Positions 29,092-39,204 of a stretch of 49,491 bases of DNA are shown here, piece by piece. The stretch's first letter is position 1, and the number at the start of each line of letters is the position of its first letter. The notes beneath the pieces were generated by a model, which worked only from the letters and a program-made list of their open reading frames with translations, searched no databases and was not told where the DNA came from. The DNA is taken from contig JAJTBW010000003.1 in the NCBI GenBank assembly GCA_021286705.1, forward strand, positions 1 through 49,491, written 5' to 3'. The stretch is from Sphingobacteriia bacterium (lineage in GTDB: Bacteria; Bacteroidota; Bacteroidia; Bacteroidales; TTA-H9). A program made the position numbers and the translations under genes.

Positions 29092-30993
29092 ATGCAGAAC
29101 AGTTTTGAGAAGATCCCCATTTTGATCTTAGATAATCACATTCAGGCTGCTAACTGGATTGCTGAAACCGTTGCAGCACTAATAAAAGCAAAAAATGCAA
29201 AGGGAGAAAAGGCGGTAATTGGCCTGGCCACAGGATCAACACCGACCAATGTATATAAGGAACTCGTCAGAAAGCATAAGACAGAGGGGTTAAGTTTCAA
29301 AAATGTTATAACCTTTAACCTTGATGAGTATTATCCTATGGAGCCTCACAGACTGCAGAGTTATGTAAGATTCATGAAAGAACACCTCTTTAACCATATA
29401 GACATTGATCCAAAAAACATTCATATACCTGATGGCACCGTCAGGAAAGAAAGTATCTCAGAGTTCTGCAACAACTACGAGAATCTGATTGAAGAGGTTG
29501 GTGGAATAGACATTCAACTTCTTGGTATAGGCAGAAACGGACATATTGGATTCAATGAACCTGGATCTGACCGAAACTCTAAAACTCGACTTATCACGCT
29601 TGAACACTCTACGATAGCTGATGCTGCGTCAGACTTTTACGGTGAAGATGATGTTCCAAGGAGAGCAGTGACAATGGGAATCTCCACGATTTTAAAAGCC
29701 CGGCAAATCATTCTGATGGCCTTAGGTGAAGGGAAATCAAAGATCATCAGAGAGGCTGTAGAAGGCACTATCACTAATCATGTACCAGCTTCATTCCTTC
29801 AGAAACATGCTAATACGATCGTTCTGCTAGATAAAGCCTCAGCCAATGATCTTACCAGATCAAAAACACCTTGGCTAGCAGATAACTGCGATTGGGAAGA
29901 TGCAAGACTAATTCGGAAAGCAGTTGTTTGGCTTTGTCAGAAAACAAATAAGCCCATTCTCAAGCTCACTGATCAGGACTTTAACAGCAATGGGATGATT
30001 GATCTTTTAGCGCTAGAGGGTTCCTCAAACAAGATAAACATCAAAGTCTTTAACGACCTCCAAAGAACGATTACAGGGTGGCCAGGAGGCAAACCTAATG
30101 CAGATAACTCTAACAGACCTGAACGAGAACTCCCTTATCCAAAGAGAGTTCTAATATTCAGCCCTCATCCTGATGATGATGTGATCTCGATGGGTGGTAC
30201 ATTCTTACGCTTGGTAGAACAGAAACACGATGTTTATACTGCCTATCAGACTACTGGCTCAATAGCAGTGCATGATGATGATGTTTTGAGGCATCTTGAT
30301 TTTGTGCTGGATACTTCAGAAACGTTTGGGCTGGGTGATAACAAACAAGAGATAGTTTCACGAGAGATCCTAGAGGCTTTAACAAACAAAAAGCCTGGAG
30401 ATACAGACCCTGAAAACGTTCGTCAGATAAAAACCCTAATACGCAGAAGTGAAGCAAAAGCTGCCTGTCGCTATGCCGGTGTAAAGCCCGAAAATGTCTT
30501 CTTCCTTGATATGCCATTTTATGACACAGGAACAATTGTTAAGAAAGAACTGAGTCAGGCAGATATTCAAATAATCATTGACCTCTTAAGGAAAATAAAG
30601 CCCCATCAAATCTTTGCTGCAGGCGACCTATCTGACCCTCATGGCACCCATCGGGTTTGTCTTCAGGCAATCTTTAAGGCATTGGAAGAGGTAAAGCAGG
30701 AAGAGTGGACTAAGGATTGTTATGTTTGGTTATATCGAGGGGCATGGCAAGAGTGGGAGATTGCCGATATTGACATGGCTGTTCCAATTAGCCCGGATGA
30801 ATTACTTAGAAAAAGAAAGAGCATATTTAAACATCAATCACAGAAAGATAAAGCTCTCTTCCCGGGTATTGATGATCGGGAATTCTGGCAGCGTGCTGAA
30901 GAACGAAACCGCACAACCGCTAAACTATACGATCAACTCGGAATGGCCGAATACGAAGCTATTGAAGCGTTTGTTCGCTACTATTTCAAATAG
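29092..30993 (+). CDS. nagB: Glucosamine-6-phosphate deaminase fused to a PIG-L/LmbE-like deacetylase domain
   Basis: GLATGSTP, TFNLDEYYP, LLGIGRNGHIGFNEPGS; C-terminal FSPHPDDDVISMGG and DPHGTH. Confidence 0.93.
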   Translation: MQNSFEKIPILILDNHIQAANWIAETVAALIKAKNAKGEKAVIGLATGSTPTNVYKELVRKHKTEGLSFKNVITFNLDEYYPMEPHRLQSYVRFMKEHLFNHIDIDPKNIHIPDGTVRKESISEFCNNYENLIEEVGGIDIQLLGIGRNGHIGFNEPGSDRNSKTRLITLEHSTIADAASDFYGEDDVPRRAVTMGISTILKARQIILMALGEGKSKIIREAVEGTITNHVPASFLQKHANTIVLLDKASANDLTRSKTPWLADNCDWEDARLIRKAVVWLCQKTNKPILKLTDQDFNSNGMIDLLALEGSSNKINIKVFNDLQRTITGWPGGKPNADNSNRPERELPYPKRVLIFSPHPDDDVISMGGTFLRLVEQKHDVYTAYQTTGSIAVHDDDVLRHLDFVLDTSETFGLGDNKQEIVSREILEALTNKKPGDTDPENVRQIKTLIRRSEAKAACRYAGVKPENVFFLDMPFYDTGTIVKKELSQADIQIIIDLLRKIKPHQIFAAGDLSDPHGTHRVCLQAIFKALEEVKQEEWTKDCYVWLYRGAWQEWEIADIDMAVPISPDELLRKRKSIFKHQSQKDKALFPGIDDREFWQRAEERNRTTAKLYDQLGMAEYEAIEAFVRYYFK

Positions 30994-31103
30994 TTTTTTC
31001 TAATCATATACACATTATTTTGGGGTTATCTTTTTCAGGTTTAATCCTTGAAACCTGACTTATACCAAGAGGTGACTCACAATAAATAAGATAGTTACCG
31101 ACT

Positions 31104-31139
31104 AAAACGGGGCAAAGAAGTACCTTTGCCCCGTTTTTT
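31104..31139 (+). terminator. nagB terminator containing a -7 box for the downstream TonB receptor
   Basis: aaaacggggcaaag-aagtac-ctttgccccgtttt plus T; TACCTTTG at 31121-31128. Confidence 0.8.
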
Positions 31140-31151
31140 AATAATCAAATT

Positions 31152-33188
31152 ATGACAAACAAATTAGAAAATCTTAACAACACTTCCTCATCTTTCAAAA
31201 GATGGAGCAGAAAAGGATGGGCTATTTTTAACAGCCTTCACCGCAACGTAAAAATCGGAACATTAAGTCTTACATGCTTAATTATTACCCTTCCCGGTAA
31301 AACACAAAACAAACCAGACACCTCATCAATCAGTAAAACGATGCAGATGGACAGTGTGGTAATCAGTGCAAGACGCACACCGGCCATAAGCTCAAAGTTG
31401 ACCAGACCAGTCCAAATACTCTCAAAAGAGGAGATACACTCTTTGCCCGGTGCAACTATTAATGAAGTCCTCGAGTTTGTACCGGGCGTTGACATTAGAT
31501 CAAGAGGGGCATTTGGTACTCAGGCCGATGTCTCAATAAGGGGAGGATCATTTGACCAAACTATGGTATTGATCAATGGTATTAATTTCACTGACCCACA
31601 AACAGGGCATCATGCACTCAACCTGCCCATCGATCCACAAGCTATCGAGAGAATAGAGGTATTAAGTGGCCCCGCAGCCCGTGTCTTTGGAGCCAATGCT
31701 TATAACGGAGTTATCAATATCTTAACTAAACCAACAAAACAGGATAAACTATCCGTTGCTCTTGCCGCTGGTGACTTCAACTGGAAAAAAGCATCAGCGA
31801 CCTTGCACCTGGGGACATCCAAGTTCAGACACCTTTTCTCAGGAACATTTAATAACTCTGACGGATTCACTAAAAACACTGACTTTCAGACCTACTCTCT
31901 CTTCTATCAAAACCAGCTAACACTGAAAGATGCCTTTTTTGAACTCCAGGCTGGTTTCTCTGATAGACAATTCGGAGCAAACGCCTTCTACTCTCCTAAG
32001 TATCCTGACCAATGGGAAGAGACCAAAACAATTAACACTAGCATTAAAGGCATCTTTGGTAGTCTTATTCGCATCAAACCAAGCATCTATTGGAGAAGAA
32101 ATTACGACCATTTCGAACTGTTTCGTTATGAAGCAGCGTCATGGTATGCTGGACATAATAACCACAGAACCGACGTGATAGGCTCACAAATACAAGCCTC
32201 AAAAGAGTGGTGGGCTGGAACCACTACAGTAGCAGTAGATTATAGATACGAGTTCGTAATTAGCAATGTCCTAGGAACGCCTCTGGCTGAACCTGTTAAA
32301 GTGCCTGGAGAAGAGGGAAGTTTCTATACAAAGAGTGATTTTAGGGACTTATACAGTATCTCAGCGGAACATACCGTCGAAATTGGCAGATTTAATCTAT
32401 CTGCTGGCTTATTAGGACAATACATCCCTCGTATGCTTGATAAAATGCGATTTTATCCGGGTATAGACGCTGGTTACAAACTCTCTGACCATCTGTTCTT
32501 AAAGGCGGCATTTAATCGTACTCTTAGACTGCCAACCTTCACCGACCTATACTATACCAGTGCTACAAACATCTCAAACCCTGATTTAAAACCCGAAGAA
32601 GCATCTACATGGGAGGCTGGTGTTAAACTTAATCACCAAAAACTCAACATTGAAATCAATGGATTTCTTCGAGATGGCCAAAACATGATTGACTGGATTT
32701 ATCGTGAATCCGACCAGAAATGGTTGTCTGTAAACTATGGATCTGTTATTATCAAAGGAGTTGATGTAGTGGCTAACTATACCTTCACGACACCAGGTCA
32801 TGGAATAAAAATCGAACGGATTAGAGCAGGCTATACTTATCAAGATGCAAACAAAGATGAAGGCAAAGTGGTATCAAAATATATCCTTGATATCCTAAGA
32901 CATAAAGCCGATCTTTCAACAACACTCTCCTACCTCAACAGATATGAGCTAACGGCAAAAGTTAGTTACCAAGAGCGCACCGGTGAGTACATTGCCTACC
33001 CCACCGGCGAATTGGTTAAATGGAAAGGTCATCTCTTAGCCGACATTCATCTTCAGGCTCGAATATGGAAAACAAACATCTTTATAGAAGCGAGTAACCT
33101 ATTCGATACTAAGTATGTTGACCATGCTAATGTTCCTCAACCCGGTAGGTGGTTCAGATGTGGATTAACTTTTAACACAAACATTTAA
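31152..33188 (+). CDS. TonB-dependent receptor (non-SusC, BtuB/CirA-like size), substrate unknown
   Basis: TonB box DSVVISA, plug PGVDIRSRG...DVSIRGG, IERIEVLSGPAARVFGANAYNGVINI, NPDLKPE, NLFD..Y...PGR. Confidence 0.9.
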   Translation: MTNKLENLNNTSSSFKRWSRKGWAIFNSLHRNVKIGTLSLTCLIITLPGKTQNKPDTSSISKTMQMDSVVISARRTPAISSKLTRPVQILSKEEIHSLPGATINEVLEFVPGVDIRSRGAFGTQADVSIRGGSFDQTMVLINGINFTDPQTGHHALNLPIDPQAIERIEVLSGPAARVFGANAYNGVINILTKPTKQDKLSVALAAGDFNWKKASATLHLGTSKFRHLFSGTFNNSDGFTKNTDFQTYSLFYQNQLTLKDAFFELQAGFSDRQFGANAFYSPKYPDQWEETKTINTSIKGIFGSLIRIKPSIYWRRNYDHFELFRYEAASWYAGHNNHRTDVIGSQIQASKEWWAGTTTVAVDYRYEFVISNVLGTPLAEPVKVPGEEGSFYTKSDFRDLYSISAEHTVEIGRFNLSAGLLGQYIPRMLDKMRFYPGIDAGYKLSDHLFLKAAFNRTLRLPTFTDLYYTSATNISNPDLKPEEASTWEAGVKLNHQKLNIEINGFLRDGQNMIDWIYRESDQKWLSVNYGSVIIKGVDVVANYTFTTPGHGIKIERIRAGYTYQDANKDEGKVVSKYILDILRHKADLSTTLSYLNRYELTAKVSYQERTGEYIAYPTGELVKWKGHLLADIHLQARIWKTNIFIEASNLFDTKYVDHANVPQPGRWFRCGLTFNTNI

Positions 33189-33239
33189 TTGCGTTAGGGT
33201 TTTTTTTACACTATGTCCTATAAATCCATCTAAAAGCAT

Positions 33240-33247
33240 TAAATTTG
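33240..33247 (+). promoter_or_regulatory. -7 promoter box for gap
   Basis: TAAATTTG. Confidence 0.6.
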
Positions 33248-33285
33248 TACAATCAATTGAATTAGTAAACCTAATTATCAGTTTT

Positions 33286-34299
33286 ATGTCAAAAATTAAA
33301 GTTGGAATCAATGGCTTCGGCCGTATCGGAAGATTAACTTTCCGTGCATTGCTTAAGAAAGAGGAAGTAGAAGTTGTTGCTATCAACGACCTTACAAATC
33401 CAGCTACACTGGCTCATCTGTTAAAGTACGATTCAGTTCATGGCAGATTCCCCGGACAAGTAGCTATTGAGGATAACTATCTTATAGTAAACGGAACAAA
33501 GATTCGTATCTACGCTGAGAAAGATCCTGCAAATATTCCCTGGAAAGAACTTAATGTTGATGTTGTTGCTGAGTGTACTGGTGTATTCCGCAATCGTGAG
33601 AAGTTGCAGAAACACATTGATGCAGGTGCTCGCAGAGTCCTGTTGAGTGTACCGGCTGACAAGGCTGAAGATGTTGATATCACAATTGTTAAGGGTGTTA
33701 ATGATGATCAACTAAAACCCGAACACATCTTCGTTTCTAATGCTTCATGCACAACAAACTGTCTGGCTCCAGTTGCAAAGGTTCTTAATGACAATTTTGG
33801 TATTGTACGTGGTTTAATGAACACCATTCACTCATATACAAATGACCAGATCATATTAGATGCTCCTCATAAGGATCTTCGTCGTGCCCGCGCTGCTGCA
33901 ATGAGTATCATCCCAACCAGCACCGGTGCTGCAAAGGCAGTTGGTCTCGTTATTCCTGAGCTGAAAGGAAAACTTGATGGCTTCGCAATGCGTGTTCCTA
34001 CTCCTGATGGATCAACCGTTGACCTGACTGTTGAGTTAGCAAAATCAGTTACTAAGGAAGAGATCAATGCTGCAATGAAGGCTGCTGCTGATGGTAAGAT
34101 GAACGGTGTTCTTGAGTATTGCATTGATCCAATCGTTAGCTCTGATATCGTTGGAACAACCGCTTCAAGTATTTTTGATAGCCTGCTAACTCAGGTTAGC
34201 GGTGGTAACTTCGTTAAGATTGTTAGCTGGTATGACAACGAGAATGGCTATTCAAACCGTATGGCTGACATGCTCGTGCTTATGTCAAAACAGAAGTAA
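33286..34299 (+). CDS. gap: Glyceraldehyde-3-phosphate dehydrogenase type I
   Basis: GINGFGRIGR, SNASCTTNCLAP, IIPTSTGAAKAV, SWYDNE. Confidence 0.99.
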   Translation: MSKIKVGINGFGRIGRLTFRALLKKEEVEVVAINDLTNPATLAHLLKYDSVHGRFPGQVAIEDNYLIVNGTKIRIYAEKDPANIPWKELNVDVVAECTGVFRNREKLQKHIDAGARRVLLSVPADKAEDVDITIVKGVNDDQLKPEHIFVSNASCTTNCLAPVAKVLNDNFGIVRGLMNTIHSYTNDQIILDAPHKDLRRARAAAMSIIPTSTGAAKAVGLVIPELKGKLDGFAMRVPTPDGSTVDLTVELAKSVTKEEINAAMKAAADGKMNGVLEYCIDPIVSSDIVGTTASSIFDSLLTQVSGGNFVKIVSWYDNENGYSNRMADMLVLMSKQK

Positions 34300-34351
34300 T
34301 CTCTAGCATTCAAAACTCAGGTGATTTTTTTTTAAATCATCCTCGAGTGTT

Positions 34352-34386
34352 AAAAAAAGAGCCGACTAACAATCGGCTCTTTTTTT
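34352..34386. terminator. Bidirectional-type intrinsic terminator
   Basis: A7-gagccga-ctaacaa-tcggctc-T7. Confidence 0.9.
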
Positions 34387-34581
34387 ATCCCATGTAAATC
34401 ATTTTTAAATGCCTCTTCCCGGGTTGAAAACTATTAAAATCGTTTTTAGACCGTTTTCCTTCTTTTTCCAGCCTGTTCGCTATACTCAATCCAGTTATTG
34501 AATAACATCTTATCATCTACCCTATCAGATAGGTCTAATTCAGGAATGGTCAATCAGGAGCATTTTATTATCAAAATCCAA

Positions 34582-36537
34582 CTAGTTAGTTTTAACACTC
34601 TCCAACTTAAAAGAGGCTTGTCGGAGAATCGTTTTCCCAATAGGAATCAAATTAACCTCTTCAATTTCCTGATTGTCATGATTTCTCAACTTGGCTATAA
34701 TCATCCCATCTTTAAACATAGCGTTATGATTAGCATAGTAATCATATTGTCTTAGATCTTTCGCCTTATATCCAAAGTCTTTGAAATCGTGGGTGTAAAC
34801 CCTACCGATAGATTCAATAGCCTCTATAGGAAAAGCGTACAGAAGAGCTCCATATCTAAAGTACTTCTCCTGATTGCTATCTTCAACAACTCTGACTTCC
34901 GTTTTAAACTCCAACTCAATGACACTATCTGATACGGAATTGTAATTAAAAATGAGAAATCCCTCTTCTGTTTTAAAAGGTTTATTTGATTCAACAGATG
35001 TAGCCCACTGGGGTCTCCTGATTTTAAGTTTAAAGCTATACTCAGATTCAGATTTAATTTTAAATACAACCCGATTACTGTATGGATACTCTGTACTCTC
35101 CTCAATCCAGACAGGATGACCGTTAATTAAGGAAGTAACATTGCAAGGTGCAATAACAGGGGCAACAAAAGTATCCTCACCCTCCTTAAGCCAGCAGGTT
35201 TGTATAAAATAAGGGGTAATTCTACCAGCATTAGGCACACAACATACGGCAACATCCTGATGAACAGAAGAGTATTTATATCTAGTCTGTGTGTGTTTCC
35301 CCTCTTTCAAACCGTTTTTACTTCCTTCCATTTCAAAGGAGTTATCAGTTTTAAGATAGGCTATACACGAATGATCAGGATTACGACTGCCTTGGGCTGC
35401 ATTAAAAAATATATTCTCAATATCGTTGGCTACCATTAGATCACCACTTTTCTGAAGCAATACAGAATAACTATCCATCAATTCATGAATAGAACAATAT
35501 TCATAACCCGTCATTGTAGCATCAGCTTTTCTACCGGCAATCCATTCATCCCCTATTGGACCACCCGATTGGGTAGTGCATGATCGGATTCGTGAAAGAT
35601 AGATATCCAGGGCCTGTATGAGGTCATGACGACCTGTGGCATAAGCGGAGACAATCAATGGTCGAAGATGTTCATAAGTATGAACACCGTGCGATTGAAG
35701 CTTAAAATCCTTATCTAGAATATTTAGGAGTTGGGCATCTTTCTCTGATGAGAAATTCCTTGAGAAGTTATCATATAGAAAAGCGGCATAGACTGGATAA
35801 CGTCGATCTCCTGTAATCTGATATAGTCTATCAAGGATATCCGTAAATGTAAGTCCGTGAGCTACACCCCCTGCGAAATCTGTCCCAGCAAAAAAAGGGT
35901 TTGAACTATTGAGTGGATAATTGGTCATTACATTCTCAACCGCCATAATAATTGAGATTAACAAAGCCGAATCATTGCAATAGTCGTAATAGGCAAGTAA
36001 TCCTCTAAGAAGAGTACTTTTAGCCCACAGTTCACCATTTTCAGAGACGAATTTATAACGAAGCTCATCATCGTAGATACCAAGATAACCATCCTCATCT
36101 TGCGTCTTTAAAACCCCATTTATATAACTTTTTATCTTTTCAAGAGCCTGATGATCATCAAGTAAAATAGCATTTCTGATAAAACCATCCCACCAGTTTG
36201 ACTGCGTTTCAGAGTTCCACCACTTGTACTGCTCATCGCCTGCAGCATCACCCGCTTTAAGATTTCCCAGATCCTTTGCCTTACTATGCTTCTTTAACCT
36301 ACCAGACCCATAAATTGAGTCATTCATCAACGTTGGTACTAACCGATCAAGATTTCCTACAAAACCTTCCATATCACACTTCATTTGGTTTCTAAGCCAT
36401 CCAGACGGCTTGATGGATCCAACGGGAAGCCGTGAATACTTTTCGTGCAATGGCATCATTTGTCCTTGAGTCATATCCGCAATTATTACCAATAAAAAGA
36501 AAACTGAATACTTAATAAAACTAGCCATATCATTCAT
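34582..36537 (-). CDS. Exported GH127/GH146-like glycoside hydrolase (beta-L-arabinofuranosidase family)
   Basis: Signal peptide; GSIKPSGWL, QDEDGYLG, GDEW, YEYCS (Glu-x-Cys), CCVPN, TEYPY, KIRRPQW. Confidence 0.85.
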   Translation of the reverse strand: MNDMASFIKYSVFFLLVIIADMTQGQMMPLHEKYSRLPVGSIKPSGWLRNQMKCDMEGFVGNLDRLVPTLMNDSIYGSGRLKKHSKAKDLGNLKAGDAAGDEQYKWWNSETQSNWWDGFIRNAILLDDHQALEKIKSYINGVLKTQDEDGYLGIYDDELRYKFVSENGELWAKSTLLRGLLAYYDYCNDSALLISIIMAVENVMTNYPLNSSNPFFAGTDFAGGVAHGLTFTDILDRLYQITGDRRYPVYAAFLYDNFSRNFSSEKDAQLLNILDKDFKLQSHGVHTYEHLRPLIVSAYATGRHDLIQALDIYLSRIRSCTTQSGGPIGDEWIAGRKADATMTGYEYCSIHELMDSYSVLLQKSGDLMVANDIENIFFNAAQGSRNPDHSCIAYLKTDNSFEMEGSKNGLKEGKHTQTRYKYSSVHQDVAVCCVPNAGRITPYFIQTCWLKEGEDTFVAPVIAPCNVTSLINGHPVWIEESTEYPYSNRVVFKIKSESEYSFKLKIRRPQWATSVESNKPFKTEEGFLIFNYNSVSDSVIELEFKTEVRVVEDSNQEKYFRYGALLYAFPIEAIESIGRVYTHDFKDFGYKAKDLRQYDYYANHNAMFKDGMIIAKLRNHDNQEIEEVNLIPIGKTILRQASFKLESVKTN

Positions 36538-36596
36538 TATCTAATTCATTTTTAATTAGTAAACAACTAACATATTTCATAACACCTTTACTGATA

Positions 36597-36965
36597 TTAA
36601 TGATTATCAGGCAAACCTTTTAATGCCTTCATTTCAAAAATCAAGCTCCCACCTCTTTGAATATCCTGAAATGTAATAAATGGTCTTTTAATGAGATTAC
36701 CTAATTCATTAATACCAGTACCACTTAGTCGGGTCTGAGAATAACCAAGAATGATAGTATCATGATACTGATATCCACTTGTATGATTCCAGCCATTATC
36801 ACAATTATCGGGACCAGGTTGAACCAAACCAAATGGCATAGAAGGTCCAGGAAAAGTATGACCAGTTCCATCTGTTCCTATAAATACATTTACAAAATCT
36901 ATGTTATTCTGCGCTGAACCAGATATTACTATCAGTATGAAAAACAGTGTAAAAAATCTCTTCAT
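36597..36965 (-). pseudogene. GH92 alpha-mannosidase remnant with large in-frame internal deletion
   Basis: N-terminal FVNVFIGTDGTGHTFPG...PFGLVQ..PD...SGYQY.D..I.GYSQTRLSGTG joined to C-terminal RPFITFQDIQRGGSLIFEM; 122 aa. Confidence 0.85.
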
Positions 36966-37097
36966 TTTATTACAGATTAGTAAAGAACAAAACTCTAACA
37001 TATAACCGTCTAAGGCTTTGCTTCTTTTACCTAAAAAATGTGTAATATTAACATCAAATACAATTTTCTTACTCTTTGATGATAATTAAAGCAACAA

Positions 37098-37952
37098 ATG
37101 AAGGCAACTCTAGAGCAAATTACAGGTAAGGAGCAGAGTTCCTTAACGATCACGAATCTTGACAGAGAATGTTTTGATGGCCCATATCATTATCATCATG
37201 AGTTGGAGTTAACATGGATAAGATCGGGTATAGGAAAAAGGATTATTGGCAGCAATATTTCGGATTATGACCAGAATGATCTTGTTTTGGTAGGATCAGA
37301 TATTTCTCATTGTTGGAAGAGCTCAGATAACAAACCAGGCATAAGGTCAAAGGCTATCGTAGTTCAATTTAGTAAAGAATTCTTAGGGTCTGCCCTAGCA
37401 GATGTACCTGAATTACGTCATATAAACTCATTGATTGAAACACTTAACAGTGGTATAATTATCAATGGAGAGACAAAAAAGATAGTCATTTCAAAAATGA
37501 AATTGCTAATAAAAACAGATGGAATAGAGAGACTAATGAAATTCATAGAGATCCTTGATGAGATCAGTAGATCAGCAGAAACGATACCTATTGGAGCCTT
37601 AACAGACAAATTAAAATACCCAACAGTTGAGAAAGATCGGTTCCAACGAATCTACAGCTACCTAATCAACAACTATCAGAAAGAGCTTAATTTAAAGGAT
37701 ATAGCTAGTCTGGCTAACATGACACCGCCCGCATTCTGTAGGTATTTCAAAACCATTGCACGAAAAACATTTACTGAAGTAGTAATAGAATTCAGGATTA
37801 ATCATGCATGTCACCAACTTAAAAGTAGTGATGAATCAATAAGTCAGGTTTGTTTTGATTCAGGTTTTGGAAACCTATCACACTTCAATAAAACCTTTAA
37901 AAGTAAAACAGGGTATTCTCCATTGCAGTACCGTAATTTATTCAAAGACTAG
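37098..37952 (+). CDS. AraC-family transcriptional regulator with cupin sensor domain
   Basis: YHYHHELEL; C-terminal IASLANMT..AFCRYFK, CFDSGF.NLSHFNK.FK...GYSP.QYR. Confidence 0.93.
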   Translation: MKATLEQITGKEQSSLTITNLDRECFDGPYHYHHELELTWIRSGIGKRIIGSNISDYDQNDLVLVGSDISHCWKSSDNKPGIRSKAIVVQFSKEFLGSALADVPELRHINSLIETLNSGIIINGETKKIVISKMKLLIKTDGIERLMKFIEILDEISRSAETIPIGALTDKLKYPTVEKDRFQRIYSYLINNYQKELNLKDIASLANMTPPAFCRYFKTIARKTFTEVVIEFRINHACHQLKSSDESISQVCFDSGFGNLSHFNKTFKSKTGYSPLQYRNLFKD

Positions 37953-38109
37953 TCTCTACTTGAATTTGTCTTTTGTAACTGACTTTATCAATTAGAAAAC
38001 AAATAATATTACCATTTTAACACACTACAGATCAAAACTGTTAACAAGCTTCCTATCCTAAATTGGTAGATATAAAAAGAAAAATCTTACCTATGTAATA
38101 CGCAACCAT

Positions 38110-38135
38110 AAAAAAAGGGCACCTTGCGGTGCCCT
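38110..38135 (-). terminator. rpoD terminator
   Basis: Minus strand agggcacc-gcaa-ggtgccct plus T-run. Confidence 0.9.
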
Positions 38136-38191
38136 AAGGATTTAGGAATTAACGAAGCCTCCCGGCACGTCGCATCCCGTCCCCAAGTATT

Positions 38192-39058
38192 TTAGTCTCC
38201 GAGATAGGCCTTTAAAAGCCTACTTCTTGAGGTATGTTTCAATCGTCTGATAGCCTTCTCTTTTATCTGACGGACACGTTCACGGGTGAGATCAAATTTT
38301 GCCGCTATCTCTTCTAGAGTAAGACCATGACTCATTCCGATACCGTAGTACAAATTTAGGACTTCTCTTTCTTTCTCCGACAAAGTATTCAAAGTTCTTT
38401 GAATTTCATCATTAAGAGACTCTTTAATAAGTCCTTCATCTGCATCAACTGTATCATCATTAACAAAGACATCAATAAATTTTGTCTCTTCGTCTTCCAT
38501 AAGAGGAGCATCCATTGAGACATAATTTGTAGAGATCTTTAATACAGCATCAATTTTTGATTCTGCCATATCCAATTTAACAGCAATCTCTTGGGGAGAG
38601 GGAAGACGTTCAAGTTCTTGCTCTAGTCTTGAGGTGACCTTTTTAATTTTATTGAGCGAACCAACTTGATTGAGAGGAAGTCTGACAATCCTGGATTGTT
38701 CGGCCAAAGCCTGAAGTATTGACTGCCTAATCCACCATACGGCATAAGAGATAAACTTAAAACCTCTTGTTTCATCAAACTTTTGGGCAGCTTTAATAAG
38801 TCCAAGATTTCCTTCATTAATTAAGTCAGGGAGACTTAGCCCCTGATTCTGGTATTGTTTAGCAACAGAAACAACGAACCTAAGATTAGCTTTTGTAAGC
38901 TTTTCCAGTGCCCTTGCATCCCCTGCTCTAATTTGTTGAGCCAAACGAACCTCTTCTTCAGCTGTAATCAACTCTTCTTTCCCAATATCCTGAAGATACT
39001 TGTCCAGTGAAGCGGTTTCGCGGTTTGTTATCGATTTAGATATCTTTAGTTGTCGCAT
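38192..39058 (-). CDS. rpoD: Primary sigma-70 factor, short Bacteroidota type without region 1.1
   Basis: [63 protein letters not shown]. Confidence 0.93.
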   Translation of the reverse strand: MRQLKISKSITNRETASLDKYLQDIGKEELITAEEEVRLAQQIRAGDARALEKLTKANLRFVVSVAKQYQNQGLSLPDLINEGNLGLIKAAQKFDETRGFKFISYAVWWIRQSILQALAEQSRIVRLPLNQVGSLNKIKKVTSRLEQELERLPSPQEIAVKLDMAESKIDAVLKISTNYVSMDAPLMEDEETKFIDVFVNDDTVDADEGLIKESLNDEIQRTLNTLSEKEREVLNLYYGIGMSHGLTLEEIAAKFDLTRERVRQIKEKAIRRLKHTSRSRLLKAYLGD

Positions 39059-39204
39059 AATTGATTACTTGCTTTAAGTATAAAGTTCATCCGGCACCAA
39101 ATTGTTCAAAAAACCGGAATTAATTTCATTGCTGTTGAGCGGTAAATATACAAAACCAACTGACTTTTCCAAAATTATTCCGTTTTTTTTACAATTATTT
39201 TTAA

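Noticed and set aside
30994-31151. Cobalamin or TPP riboswitch ahead of the BtuB-like receptor
   Set aside because: No recognisable conserved aptamer motifs, and the likely promoter lies only ~25 bp from the ATG, so btuB was not assigned
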